NCBI GenBank assembly: GCA_977030845.1
Contig: OZ365112.1
Location: 17,360,001-17,393,000, forward strand
Direction of reading: 5' to 3'
DNA: 33,000 bases
Source: Fimbriosthenelais zetlandica
Taxonomy: Eukaryota
The notes under the pieces were generated by a model that did not search any database, was not told where the DNA came from, and worked only from the letters and a program-made list of their open reading frames with translations. The position numbers and the translations under genes were made by a program. Positions 1-13,379 of this stretch are shown here, one piece after another; position 1 is the first letter of the stretch; the number at the start of each line of letters is the position of its first letter.

Positions 1-3000
1 GTGTCTCATGGTTCGCCTCCAGACCCTTTTACTCCAGGCGTTTGGCATATAGCAAGTCGCAGGTGTTGTCAACCCTGGCCTCTGCAGCCAGAAAAAGTAC
101 TTGATGTCCCTCTGTTATTCCGCATTGTATTTTCCGGCAATGCACAGCTAATACAGAATATTAGGTTTGGGCTCCAACTGACCCTGAGTGTGATGTGTCC
201 TCAGCCGTGAGAACTACTTGGCCACTTCGCAGAAATGTTATCCTGTCCAGATAAATTCACTCTAGCAGAAGGCTTGGCGTTGGTGATATCGGGAAACAAA
301 CCAGAGTGGTAGAAGACCCTGATAAAATAACACTGAGCATCGGTGTCATTTCTGCCTGTCATTGGAATAATGATATTCGTGCTCTGGCTTAACAAATATG
401 GGAGGAAGGTAATCGTGATGTGACTTACCTCGCTACACCTCCCCCTCCACCTCAAGCCTCAACCTGATTTCTCAGCTGGTGCTGGCCAGGAAATGTTATT
501 AGCCAGGAATGGGATTTTATAGCAAAGCTAAACAAGCTAAGAGGTGCATTCAAACAGTCTCATCTCATGAGCTACACACCACAATAGACATTGGTGTTTG
601 ATTGACTCGTATAAAATAGGTAGAGGCCCTGGAGGAGATTCTGTAAATAATTAACGGAAGTTCAGGGTCATTGGTTCAGATTTCTATTTCTAGGGCAGTT
701 TGTCGTAAGTAGATATTTGACTGTAAAACGATTCCCTTTACTTTATTGTATGTTGCAGAGAGAAGATTTGTGCCTTTATTGCTTTATATTGCACTTCTCA
801 TACGGCCTTCTCGATAAACTTAATTGGCACTTAACATCATTTGCAACACGGGATGCTCCTTTATGGAGAGACATAGTCCTCTTGTAGCATCCTTGAAGAT
901 GACTTTGTAAGACGCCTGCTGGGTGACTCAGCGACAGGCCAGCCTTGTCACCAACTCCAGCTGTCACAGGCCTAAGTGGTGGGCGTCTACTTGGTGTCAC
1001 ATCAGTGACAGCAGTGATTACAGGCTGCCTGCTCCACTGACAGCTCCATCCCATCCAGAATACCGTCAACATGAAGCCTAGTCTAGAGTGCCTCCTCCTT
1101 CTCCCCCCTCACCATGGCCTGTAGTGACAAGATGAGATAGAATTCTAATAGTCCATATACCACAATTCTCTGCTATCACGAGATGTGCCCATTCCAGCCC
1201 TCCATCTATCACACGGCCAGCATGGAGTTTGGATATGTGCGGATTATTTTTAAAGATTATCTGATCTTTCTTTCCATGTCCTCCCTTCATCCATCACATG
1301 TCAAGATCCCTCTAGATCCCATCATTCAATACAAGACTTATATAGGTATACATATATAGGTTAAATAATGTATGTTGAATGGGTAAGGGTATATGAAGCA
1401 CGAACGAAGGAACCAGTGTTGGGGAATGTTAAACCCATACAAATAATCAGTATTGACACCGGCATTCCATGCTCAAGAATACCTTCAAGCTAAACACTCT
1501 CTTCTTCAGGTGTTGTTTTACCTTTAGCCTTAAGTGGAATGCCACATTTCTCATGGTTTCTTTCTTACTCTTATTCTCTTTATTAGCTGAGGTATTGCAT
1601 TTACTTCATTTTCCCACAGCCCGCACCACACCACATATTGTACGTTCAGGTTTTTCAAACATATTTTCAGCATGAATTTTACATTCATGTATTTGTCGAA
1701 GCATTCTATTCACTTGAATTCCTATGAAATTTCGGCCTAGCATTCATGATTGACCCGAGTTCTTACTTACGCAAATCAGTGTTGACAGTTCAATATCATG
1801 AATTATGTCAGTCCAATCCTTTCCTTTGAGATCCGCATGAGAAGAGTCCTTTGGCCACCCTCTCGTTCCTATTTCCAATGGAAAGCATTAAAAGGAATCA
1901 ATCTCCCTTTTTTTCTCGTGGATTAAGTTATCAATTGACATAAATATTTCTGCAATTGGTAATAGGAGCACAAGGAGATGAGCGAAAGGCCTTGTTTTTG
2001 TGTATTTTGTTTCATCATAGGAACGCATTTGTTTGGGGATCATTGTCGCTCAGCAGTAGATATTAACAAATATCTGAAGGTCCTGGTTTGTCTTGTCTCA
2101 TTTAGACCAAGATGGGAGAGCTCTTTCACCGATCACCTAGCGACAAGTATGTGTATAAAGGCAGACATCTACATACTTTGGAACCGAATGCGCATTCAGC
2201 TCAAAAGAAAATCCTACTTGTTCGGCAGTCTTAAAGCAGGAGAAAATTTATCCCTCCAATACACCACTTAAGTTGATTGGAGAGAAGCAGTTCTTTACTT
2301 GTCATTTTGGACAGAATGATCCATGTAGCTACCCTTTAGTTTCAGAAAAAAAGTTCATGCCTGAACTTAAACTCTCCGATAAACTGGCAATGTTTACTTT
2401 GTCTTCTATCTTACATACTTGAGGAGTATACTTGGGGAGGACTGTCATTCCAATTACTGAAAGACTTTTATGCATTACTGCACTGAAATGGTGGCTCCAC
2501 TAGAGAACCATTTACAGCCTAATCTTCACACTTGATAGGCTTTGGTAAAAGAATGCAGAAAGGTTTACGAAAAACTCGCCATTTATCGATGTGCCGTTCA
2601 ACAGGGTACCATTGGGACACAGCGGGCATAAAAACAGAATTTCCACCAATTAACACAATTAGTCGTTCTCGTTCAAGTCCAATATCGTCTGGAAATTGTA
2701 TTTTGATGGATAGCTGGAGATAATTGCAATTGGTGTTTATCTTAGAGACGCATGTATTTGCTTGGTCCTATCTATTCTGTGTTCCAGGCTTCCTTGTCTT
2801 GTCAGGCATCTTTTTGACATTATGGTAAAATATTACCTGAAATCCATTGTTTGTTCTATCCACGCAACGCAAACCCTGAAGGTAAATCGTGAAAAAAAAT
2901 GTTATCTATTCCTTTGTTCAAAAGGACAGAATACCTGATATTAAGCAAAAATATCTGATTGAAGCTATCAAAGATTTATGTCTAAATTTCTTTCTCTCAA

Positions 3001-4562
3001 ATCTCTCGAGGTATGCCAGTGTTGGGCAAGCACCTATGAGTCAGACAATGGGAGTTTTTCTCAGGAGAAAGGAATATTTCAATGTATAAATGTAAATATG
3101 GCAATTACCAGGAGATCCTTGCTGCCCATTCCTGCGGGTCTCAGCAGGGGTCAGTGAAAATGGATCGCTCCCTGTGGGAGGGGAGAAGATGGCAATAACT
3201 GGGCCTGGCTAACTAGGATCTAAGTCTCTGGGGGACACTCTCACAGTGCCTGACCATTCAACTGACAGTCAGCCAGAGGTGAGGCCAGGGGGTTAGATAC
3301 CAATCCTGGTTCTAGGTTCGGGAGCATCCCGACTTTCCACTTCGCTATTGTCTTTTACGACAAAATATCCTTCTATAGACCCTTTAACACCATCTGGTAA
3401 TTGGACCTCGCTCCAAAATCCATCGAACTGAAGCAGAGTAGACTGACCTCTGACAAATTAAATGTCTTATCCTATGTTTGTAAGTTCGAAAATGTCTCCT
3501 TACTACTGAACAAAGAAATTGCTGGAGAAATTGGAGCAGAGGTATAATGATAATAAGTGAAGGTATAAGCCGAGATGTTCCTATGACCTCTGTGCAGGTG
3601 GTTAAGGGGAAGGAATCATGGAGGTTTCCTGCATGGTTTATGGCGGACATTTTCAGCTGCTTACTTCCTGGACTTCACAGCTTCCCAATCATAAAGCCTG
3701 ACTGCTAGCCACATTACTGCTTCAGTTCCTTACTTGTCCCTCTCCCTTTAACAATGCCCTTTCAACCATAAAATGAAGGAAACATGTATTGGTAAATTCC
3801 TTCATGAATGAAAAGTCTTTTCATTTAATAGGCTGTCAAGTGCGTTCTGGTGTTCTGAACAAGTCTAACGCCCCAAATTAGCATTTGAGTCTGGGTCAGG
3901 TGCTTACTGGTATTCCTTGATTGTATATCTCTGCTACTGACCTCACTGCCTGCCTTCAAGTGGTACTTCTGATGGATAGATGAGTATAATGCTGGAGTTC
4001 CTTCTCATTATCATCATGTTCCATTACATTATGGTACATCATATTAAGATCCTCTACCCCTGACCTGGTAGATTAACTTTTATAAAACAATGATCATAGC
4101 ATCGCTAATGGAGGACACACTTTATGGGCAATGACCAATGATTGCCTCGATTTTATCGCCCTGTTTTCCCCCATATATCCTCCCAAGAGCCTTTCAGCAC
4201 ACAACTGCATATTCCCAGAGCAATTTTCGTTCCGATTTATTCCACATCCCTTGCCTGTCACCGCCATAGCTTGGCAAGGTGAACTTTCAGGTGTCCTGCC
4301 ACTAAATTATGCATGGCCTGACACCTAGCGGACTGATGGATAAAACTGCCTACTCTGCATAGGTGATGGCCAAGACAGACGTCTGCCTTTAAGATGGCTT
4401 AGACCAGAGCATTAGATCACAATCTCTGCTGGTCAAAACACGCTGCCTCAAACCTCCACCAGTCCCATTCAAACACGCACAGAAACTATTAAAGGGGAGA
4501 AAGGTCACACTCTGTAAGGGGATGCAACTTGCATTTGTGAAAAGCTTGACATTTACATGATT

Positions 4563-4895
4563 TTATGCTTTACCCCGAGCCTTTTCCATAATTATTTTGC
4601 CGACAATATTTTTCTTTGAGTCTTTTCGTAAAACTACATACAACAGGAATTTAAAATGTAGGTCATTACATTTATGAAGTAGAGATGCATTGGAGGAGGA
4701 AGCTTTCTTTTCTCTGGGGATTATAACGGCATAAATAGAGAAGAAGGCTAATCCTTTGTATCTTTGACATGGCCTTAGCTCATCTGAGAGGGAAGTAATT
4801 ACAGACGGAAGTGTGGCTGTCATAACCCGCTCCTCCTCTGTGGTATGTAAATTGGATTTGCTCTTTCCATGACCAGGGTCACCTATGATGTTGCC
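4563..4895 (-). pseudogene. P-loop NTPase/kinase/helicase remnant
   Basis: GNIIGDPGHGKS: GDPGHGKS at 4860-4883 is an exact GxxGxGKS Walker A preceded by a hydrophobic strand, in frame with ORF 4563-4823. No convincing Walker B was found. Confidence 0.45.
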
Positions 4896-7800
4896 TTATA
4901 AGACTGGTAGAGGGCATCCCTTATTATCTCCATGTGATCTTAGTTCATTAACCTTTAACACTTGTGGCAGGGTGGATGCCAAGTGCCAACCTTCTCTGCA
5001 TATTAAGCAGACTGGGATCCTATAGTGTTGACGCTATTAGATGAATGGGCTGACACCTACACCGGAAGCTTACCACTCTGACCCCGGGTGCTCAAAGAAA
5101 AGGCAGCTGATCCAAGGTACTATCACATAGCGGGAATATTCAAAGTCATAAATCATTCCCACAATTCTGGGCTGCATATTTTTTTAACTTTTTTTCAAGA
5201 GGATATTGGCTGAGACTTTGCGGAGTGAATCAGAATGCTTTCAGTTTATTGAAGCCTCCAGGGATAGCACCACAGAGTGTTTCTGGACCATAAAAATTTG
5301 AGACTGTACAAGTGTAATATGATTTCTACACAGATAGTTACAATGACTGACAGTGTATCACCCATAGAGCTTCATCCCTTGTGAAATATCTCGTATGTCA
5401 CATAGAGTACGCTCTTGTCTGACTTCCCTGTCACATACTCCCAAACACTTACAAGAGACCCACACCTCCTTATAATACCCATGTGCTTTCATCTGAAGTT
5501 TAGTACCGGAGTGGAACTGTATCAAGAACATATATATCATATTGATGCAGTCAGATTTCTGATTCTCCATGAGTTATTATTCATTAATACCGTGCATGAA
5601 ATACCCCCTTCATCCTTTGACGAGTAGGCGTTTTTCTGCTTATGGTCTGATATCAGTCGCTAACAGCATTTTTTGCTGTGCCACTTCAATTTAGTTCCTA
5701 ATTAACTTCTAGCGATGGGAATTAATTAAAACTTATCAGATGAAAATTAGTCAAAAAGGATTTAATTGTCAGATGAAATCAGAGATGATCTAGATTGGCC
5801 TTTTAACTACCAGCACGTGTAGATTTATATCGGCCTTGATTAGATGGCCAAGCTCTCCTGTGCTGGAGATGGCACTTGGGGAATTCAAGTTTCACTTCAA
5901 ATTAAACTCCTCAATAGTGCGTGCTATTCTTTCATTACTCCTTTATTTTTCTCCACATATTGGTTAACCCTTCGTATGTCTGTCGGTTTAAGGTGGTGTC
6001 AGATTTACCACTCAAAGCAAACCTGTAGAAAGAAACTATTGACCCTGAGGCACACCTGCACCCCCTGAAGTTGCAAAAATTAATGCAATTCAGTCTTGAA
6101 GGTCTAACACAAGAGGTACTACTATAATAAGATGTTGTACCTGTCAGATGTATGTGTAGCAGGAGGGAGAGTAAGATGGCCAGATCTTTATTAATCTTTC
6201 ATCTGGCTTTTCATACTCTATTGTACTATCTTCTGAATAGAAAAGAAATAAGAAGTGCCAGCTTTCTATTTCTTTTATGCCTTTATGACGTCACACTTTA
6301 GCAGGTGCCCGCAGGAGACCTCATTGTTATCTCTTAATATCTCTTACTCGCCACTATTCCCCGCTTCAAAAGACTGGTGATCTGATAAGAATCAAACAAC
6401 TACTCAGGCCTATCTTTAAGATAGACACTTTTTCAAACTCACTTATAGATTCATGAGGTAAAAAGCAGAGAGCTTTGTTCTGGTTCAGAGTGTCTTGTCT
6501 CGCGTGATGTGCAGCATGCGTGTTTTACATCGGAAATAAATTATGCTTCTAGGACTAAAATTAAATCTTTTCCATCCTCACTAATGTGAAGTGATCATCT
6601 GAACTTTACAAATGAAATAACGATATCAGTGCATGGCCATTACATTTGATGATATTCATGATACCATTTTATGCTGTCTCCCGATGTAATTCCATCCTGA
6701 CAGCAAGGTTCATTTAATTATTAATGGTACAAGATGACGTGGTAAAGTAGATCTGATTGTATCAGATCTCTCATCAGGAGGTGTAGAGCTATAGTTTATC
6801 TTGTTAACCCATGCCTGATAGCTGGGTCACACATATTCCCTGGAGTACCAGTCCGCCCCTGGTCCATCAACTTCCATTATATACTGCCCTACCTCTCACA
6901 GTACTGCACTGTTTTTCCAGGCCTCCCAAGCTTTGTTACTCTTGTTGGCTTTAAATTCAACCAATAGCCAGCCATCCGAAAGAAAGTGTCTCCCTGGGCT
7001 TTTATTTTGTTCAGTGATTGGCAGACGGATATTAAGGTCAATGGAAAGTCGCGACAGATCAACACTGGGTAACTGTTTTCATGTTCACTTCCCCAGTCTT
7101 GCTCTTAACAGTTTTGTCCTCGATGTCCTTGTTTCAGTTCATTCATTGTCTTTATCTCAGAGTTAGTTGAAATCTCTACAATACATTTCCGACAGAAAGT
7201 AAAGTTCAGAAGGGGCAGACATTACAACATTGAATGTCTGAGGAAATAGGCTGAAATGTGTGGATGTAAGGGAAATTCTATATGCCCAGACAGGTCCTGG
7301 TAAGAAAGAGTCCTTATTCCATTCAGCATGGACTGGCTGGTCCTATATCTGATATCTGTATATCCATGGACATGACTTGTATACGTGTCAGGCCAGTATA
7401 AGACCACAGCTCTGATTGGTCAGTGCACCAGCTCTAAATCACTATTTGTCCAGCTTGTGCTCACGACATACCAGTTGCCATGGAAATGATCTGAACGGGG
7501 ATCAGTCATGCATTTGTGCCATGAGTCTGCCCATCTATACAGCATGTGTTGATTTTGCTGCTATTGGCACAATGTATATGATCAAGGTTTTGTGGCCAGG
7601 CAATGTCAGTGAATGGGATCGCTGAGGTGACTAGGAACGCTTTATGAATTGGAGGAAATGTGGAATGAGTCAGCATCATTGTACATACTCTCCATATCAC
7701 ATGCAGTTCCTTATCAATCTTTTTAACTTGGTGTAGAACACCATATTACTCAGGGTCTGAATACTCATCATTTGACGAAATCCACGTCTTGCTACATTGG

Positions 7801-9087
7801 GTCATTGCATTTGCGAAAACTTAGAATTTAAAATAAGATTGTATCCTGTTGAAATCCAGCGTCCTTGCTCACATATAATAAGAGTATTCGGCCATGATTA
7901 CCCATACTTGATTCTGCCTACCCGTTGCTGGATGAGTCAGATAGGATGGGATTATCGATAATCTGGGTGCTTTATTTAGGCCCATATATACTCCATCATT
8001 ATTCATAGTCTTGTGTATAATTCATGAGGATGAAATACTTTCCTGTGCATGAACAACTATGCTTCTTTGATGCCTTCCTACATATAAATCTGCAGAAGAT
8101 TTTCCTTTTATCATAGCCTAAACACCGGAACTGTTGGAAGCCTGTGTTATGTGCTCAGATCAGGATGTATCCAGGCCCTATATAAATATGTATTTCCCAT
8201 TCAGTAGGGCTTCTCGTGGACATACCATTCTCAGTATCTTTTGAGGAATTTAACTAAGCTGTCTGTCGATGCCTTTAGGGCAGATGAGATGAGAATCCTA
8301 GATATAATACATTGGTTCGGGAGCACGGGTTTCACTTTAAAATTCAAATTGTACGTATATAGGAAATGGATACGTATTCCAGGTTGAATATAAGTGTGGC
8401 ATTCCGATAGAAGATAACAGATCTAAAGGTCGGCAAACCTTAGTGTTGAAGGTCAGCCCACATGACAGCCACAGGTCTGAATGTAAGGCTGGCAGGGCGA
8501 AGGCTGTGTTAATATGAGTGAATTCTTATCACTTTTCCCTTTAGCGAAATGGCCTAGATGATGGCAGCCATTCCTCTCCCAAGAGGTTACACCAAGATGA
8601 CCTGATGAATTGATACTGGCGACGACATGTCTTGTTTAGGTCCATCTATATCGACTGAGTGTCCAATGTTCATTTGAAACTAAATGGTGACCTTCATAAT
8701 TAAAGTACTCAAAGTTACCAATTTGTCTTTTCAAAATAATAAACTTACATAAACATGTATGGTTTCAAAACCAGTCATTTGACCTCTTACAGCAATGTTG
8801 GAACAGCTCTGCCAGTCTCTTTGCATGCAATGTATATCTAATACATATTGCAGAGAAATGTGGCAGAAAGTGCAGAGCTCTATAAGAGACATTGTTTTGT
8901 ATGTTTGTCCATACATAATTTAAAGAATCTAATCATGTAATGTATTTGGATTGTAAAAGGCTCTGATGTAGTTTTCCGACTACAGGGAATAAGCTCAGTA
9001 TTTATGGCTTTAATCCCCGACGTTCTGTTCTCAATGACTGAAGGAAAGACGCATAAAACACAGAATGGAAAATTCCTATTTTAAAGG

Positions 9088-9143
9088 AGACTTCAATGAA
9101 AAGAATGACTTAGGCAGACTTCAATGAAAAGAATGACTTAGGC
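9088..9143. repeat. Perfect 28-bp tandem duplication (AGACTTCAATGAAAAGAATGACTTAGGC x2)
   Basis: Read directly: copies at 9088-9115 and 9116-9143. Confidence 0.95.
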
Positions 9144-10330
9144 ATTCTACATCGTCGTCTTCATTGCAAATGCACTGCCATCGCCTCAGGCATTACAAGA
9201 ATTTGTTTCCGAATATGATTGTGATTACCCGGAATTTTTCCGAGGTCATATCTTGAATGCAGTTCATCGAGGCATTCCATAATTGGTCCCTCCTCACGCA
9301 GGCGATCAAAAATAAAGAGGCTTAAAAACCTCCCTCTTGATTGAACCAAATATTCTTTCTGTATTCCTGCAAAGCCGTATATATAATATTGCCGTCTTCA
9401 CTGCAAATTGCTATGTGAAATGGTTAGTGAATGGTTAATGAAACCATGTAAACTATTTTAGCCTATAAAGTATAAGCAGAAAGAAGAATGGAGTGTGGTA
9501 GAGGGTACTGTTGGTTTAACAGGGAGACTGCTTGCATTCTGACGTTTGTCTTCAACTAGACTTTGCCCTGAGGCTAGTAAAGGGAGTTGCATTTTCATCA
9601 GTGTGCAAGCAAGCGTTTAGTGCCACTACCACTTGGTGACGCTCTCCTGGCCTGACGAATGCCGAGTGACGTAAGTGTTACATCAATGTCCGTCGTGCTC
9701 CAGTGAATTAGCGTTGAGGTTCGCTAAAGATGGCTTTGCACAATGCCACTAAGTCTCATGCCTGCCACACTGCTTTTTTTGCAGTCAGCAACCATGTCCA
9801 TCACTTCAACATTTTGTTTCTTTCCCTTCCATATGTGTCCCTAATAATTTAGATGGAATTTGTGAAAATGTAGTTAAAAAATCCCATTGAGATCGGGGTT
9901 GCCCAAACTGTTGATTAATTATTCAGGCATTTATTGTTCGACTAATAACTCTTGCTAGGCCATCGATGAAATCCTCCTTTCACCTCTTAACCGTCTCACT
10001 TGACACGGTATTCTTGCTGTCATATGTAGACTGGGTGATCATGTATCATAGGGTATGTAAGGTCTATAGACGTGATTTCATGTGATAAATCATCTTTGAG
10101 ATTATGCTAAGGTGGACTTGTCGCACCGACGTGAGCTGCCTGTTAGGGTTCAGGTTAAACCAATTGCTAAGCAGACCTTGGAAGAAATGAGCCCTTTTTC
10201 AGAATCCTGTTTTTGATTGACGGGAGAAAAAGAAATTAAAAACCTTCCAAATGATATAGACTGCTGATTTAAGAGAGAATCACCAGTACAAAATGTTTGC
10301 TTTCCTGTAGTTGAAAAAATAGGAAATTGA

Positions 10331-10364
10331 ACATTCTGGATATTATTACATTCTGGATATTATT
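10331..10364. repeat. Perfect 17-bp tandem duplication (ACATTCTGGATATTATT x2)
   Basis: Read directly: copies at 10331-10347 and 10348-10364. Confidence 0.95.
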
Positions 10365-13300
10365 GCGTGTGCTGGACGGTTTTAACCATGCCGTATTGAA
10401 TGACAGATTCACACTTAAATCATGGCGATTTGTTCAATACATTGTTTTACCTTCATAGGTACCCTTCCCATCATTCATTGCCAATTGAGCAATTTCTTCC
10501 AGCTTCATTTTGCCCTGGTTGTGACGGGCTTATGGTGTTCAAAAAGTTTGGCTTCCATTAAACCATTTACAGTAGGTACAATGCATGACAAGATTGCATT
10601 AGGTGAAGCCAGTCATAGAGCTAGGATTTGACTCAATCGGATAGAATGTAATATCCTTTAAAGCACCTATAATGCACCGGGCCAGCTGTTAAAAACCCCA
10701 ATTGTTTACCAGCCAATGGCAGGTGGATGTGTCCCTGATCTGTGCCAGATTTCTACTGCTTTGTATCATTTGATTTACAGGCTGAACATTATCAAGAGCT
10801 ATGTCGAAAGTTGTCTAACATCTGAGGTTAAATTCATGTTTGGATTCCTCTGGTGCACTGACAACATGAGCTTGATACCCCTCGCATTTAAAGTACCAGA
10901 GCACATTATGAATAAAATGAAGGAAATCTTAATTATTGATAGAAGTCCCGATAGAAAGTTATTTTTGCTACTATTTTAGGCTTCATGAGCCATGCAAAAC
11001 TGTAATTTTAGTACCCCCAGTACACTTTGAAATCAGAATGACTAGGAGTCGCATGCACTCTTTGGTCTAATGTAGCTAAGATGGCCTAGCATTATCTGAC
11101 GCATGTCACAAAAAGTGGATTACGTGGTGAAATTGGCGCTGGAAGTTCTTCACTGGACTCGAATTGCAGATGCAGTGCTCACTCTTAATTCGATTTCCAT
11201 GTGTAAATTCCCTAGAGCATTTATTGTTCTCCATGCAGTATAATCATGTTTCTGTTTGAATTCAACTAACCTATATACCCAGTTAGAACTAGTGGGAATA
11301 TAGAATGGCAACAGTTCACAACAGCCTTTTAACTGACACGAATGTAAAAAGAACATAACTCGCCGAGTGTGAAAAGAACATAAGTTTGACATAAGCTCTG
11401 CTCTCCCCACACAATTTTCTTTAAATAAAATTCATCACCAGTTTTGGTAGCGTGGATATTAGACTGGTGAAGAGATTTTGTATGTGATGAATAGTTTTAG
11501 TCTTTAATCAGCATCCGATGCTGGAGAGTTAGGGGAGGGAATAAGGTGGCCTGACATGTTTTCTGCTCCCTGATTACTATTGACCTCTGTCTGCCATGCT
11601 CTGAGGGCCTCAGTATTAGTACAACAATTGTGTCAATACAAGGCCAGTCATTGCTCCTTTATTATGGATTTCCTCAGTGTTGTTATAAAGGGAGGAATCG
11701 ATGGCCAGAATATAACATGAACCAACCTCTCAACTCCTACTGACAGTCAAGGTAAAGGTTTAGATGGAAGCATAGTATTTATCATATCTGACATATCCAC
11801 CTCTTATTGTTGCACTTTATCTTTTGTTGGTTTCCTCGCCAAAATGACTGTTCATCAGGGATAAAATACTCACAGATGTTAAAGAAACCCGAAGCCTGGT
11901 TGGCGATTGCGAGAGAAAAAAAATTTAACACAACTTAATTATAGCAGTAAATGTGATCGATTTACATGGAGTGACCTTCACTGGGTGGTAGGCTCACGTC
12001 TAGCTGACTTTGCCTGATAATAGCCTGAGAAAAACTGATGATTAATGGCTACCACTGAGAGGGTTGGATAAAGTGTGGACCTGAGTCTACAAGTGGCTGT
12101 ACAGAGGGACCAGCCTGGCTCAGATGTCCACTTACTAACATCTCCAATATATACATACACCAAGACCTATTATACATGGATATAACTGGCCGCCATGTTA
12201 CTGACTGACAGAGGCGAGTGGTAGGAATGTCCGTGATGAATATTTCACAACGATTTGATAGCGTGATAAATTAGAGTGGTGGGAGGAGGCGGAGGGCTGG
12301 GCCAGGTTTTAACCTGATCGTCGTATGGCTCCAGGTGCACAGGCCCTTCTCCTGACCCTATTACCACGTCAAAGCCCAGGAGACCGGCCCAGTTCAACTG
12401 ATTTACAAGAGGCAACCGCCGCTCTGCTCCTATACACATGGGCTTCCATCCCAAATGCTCTTACCTTCATCTTGGCTGGCCAATGAGGCGATAATATTCC
12501 GACCAACAGTAGCTGCCGCCGACTAATATGCTGGGCTTGAACGTAAAGCTGGTGGGCCGGCATGGTAAAGTCGTATTCCTTGCCTTCCTAGAAGTACCAT
12601 TGTCATGCATATATGTAGGTATGTATTGACCCGGCCATGTACGGCTTGATTACTTCAAGAAATAGAAGCTGGTTATATATAGTTTTCTGTCAGGGACAAA
12701 CCTGTCTATTTTGTTCTCTCCTGGACCGTTTTGGTGAGGAAGGGACATAAGTTAGAGCATAAAGATCTTTATTGCACTTAGCATGCAAAGGCTTGATCAT
12801 TCGAAGTTAATATTAAAAATAGACCCAACTTTGTGGCGACATTATGATCTGACATGGAGGATGGTCATTTGTGGGGCATCGTTGTGTTTTGGATCCTCTC
12901 TTTTATTGTCTAAATCTGTCCGTATCGGATTGCGGAGATCCGGTGTCATTTTACAATGAAACCCCAAAACGAACGCCGAAACTTTTGTGCCTACATCTCT
13001 TGTAGTTTTTACTCATACAAGGTCATAACCATGTACATCTCTTTCACTATATGGGCCACTTGTATATTTAATTGTCATATTTCATTCAATGATAATGGGA
13101 TTTTTGGTTGAAAAAGTTATTGACAATCTTTGCTTTCAATGTGCTGACAAAAGTAACATTACCCATCCACACTTAAAAACCTCTGCTGCCCAGCTTTGAA
13201 ATCTCTTCCAACAGGACTGATAAAGTCATTCTGTGTGAACGAACCATCAGTCAGCTGGAAATGAAGCATGACAAATACAAAAAGTATGAACGATCTATTT

Positions 13301-13379
13301 TCAATCAATTTGAATTATTTATGATCTTCAAAGCTTCATGACAAGAGCAGCATTTGTATAAGATTTCCTCAGCATTGAC

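Noticed and set aside
3002-3058. KTPIV*LIGACPTLAYLER as a cap 2'-O-methyltransferase SAM-binding motif
   Set aside because: Loose resemblance only; no other catalytic residues identified.
9610-9645. ASPSGSGTKRLL as Walker A
   Set aside because: GK[ST] is absent; likely chance.
12128-12163. YIGDVSKW as negative-strand virus RdRp motif A (DxxKW)
   Set aside because: No QG motif B or SDD/GDN motif C at a suitable distance downstream.
13330-13362. YKCCSCH as a reovirus-type CCHH zinc finger
   Set aside because: The two His ligands are missing downstream.
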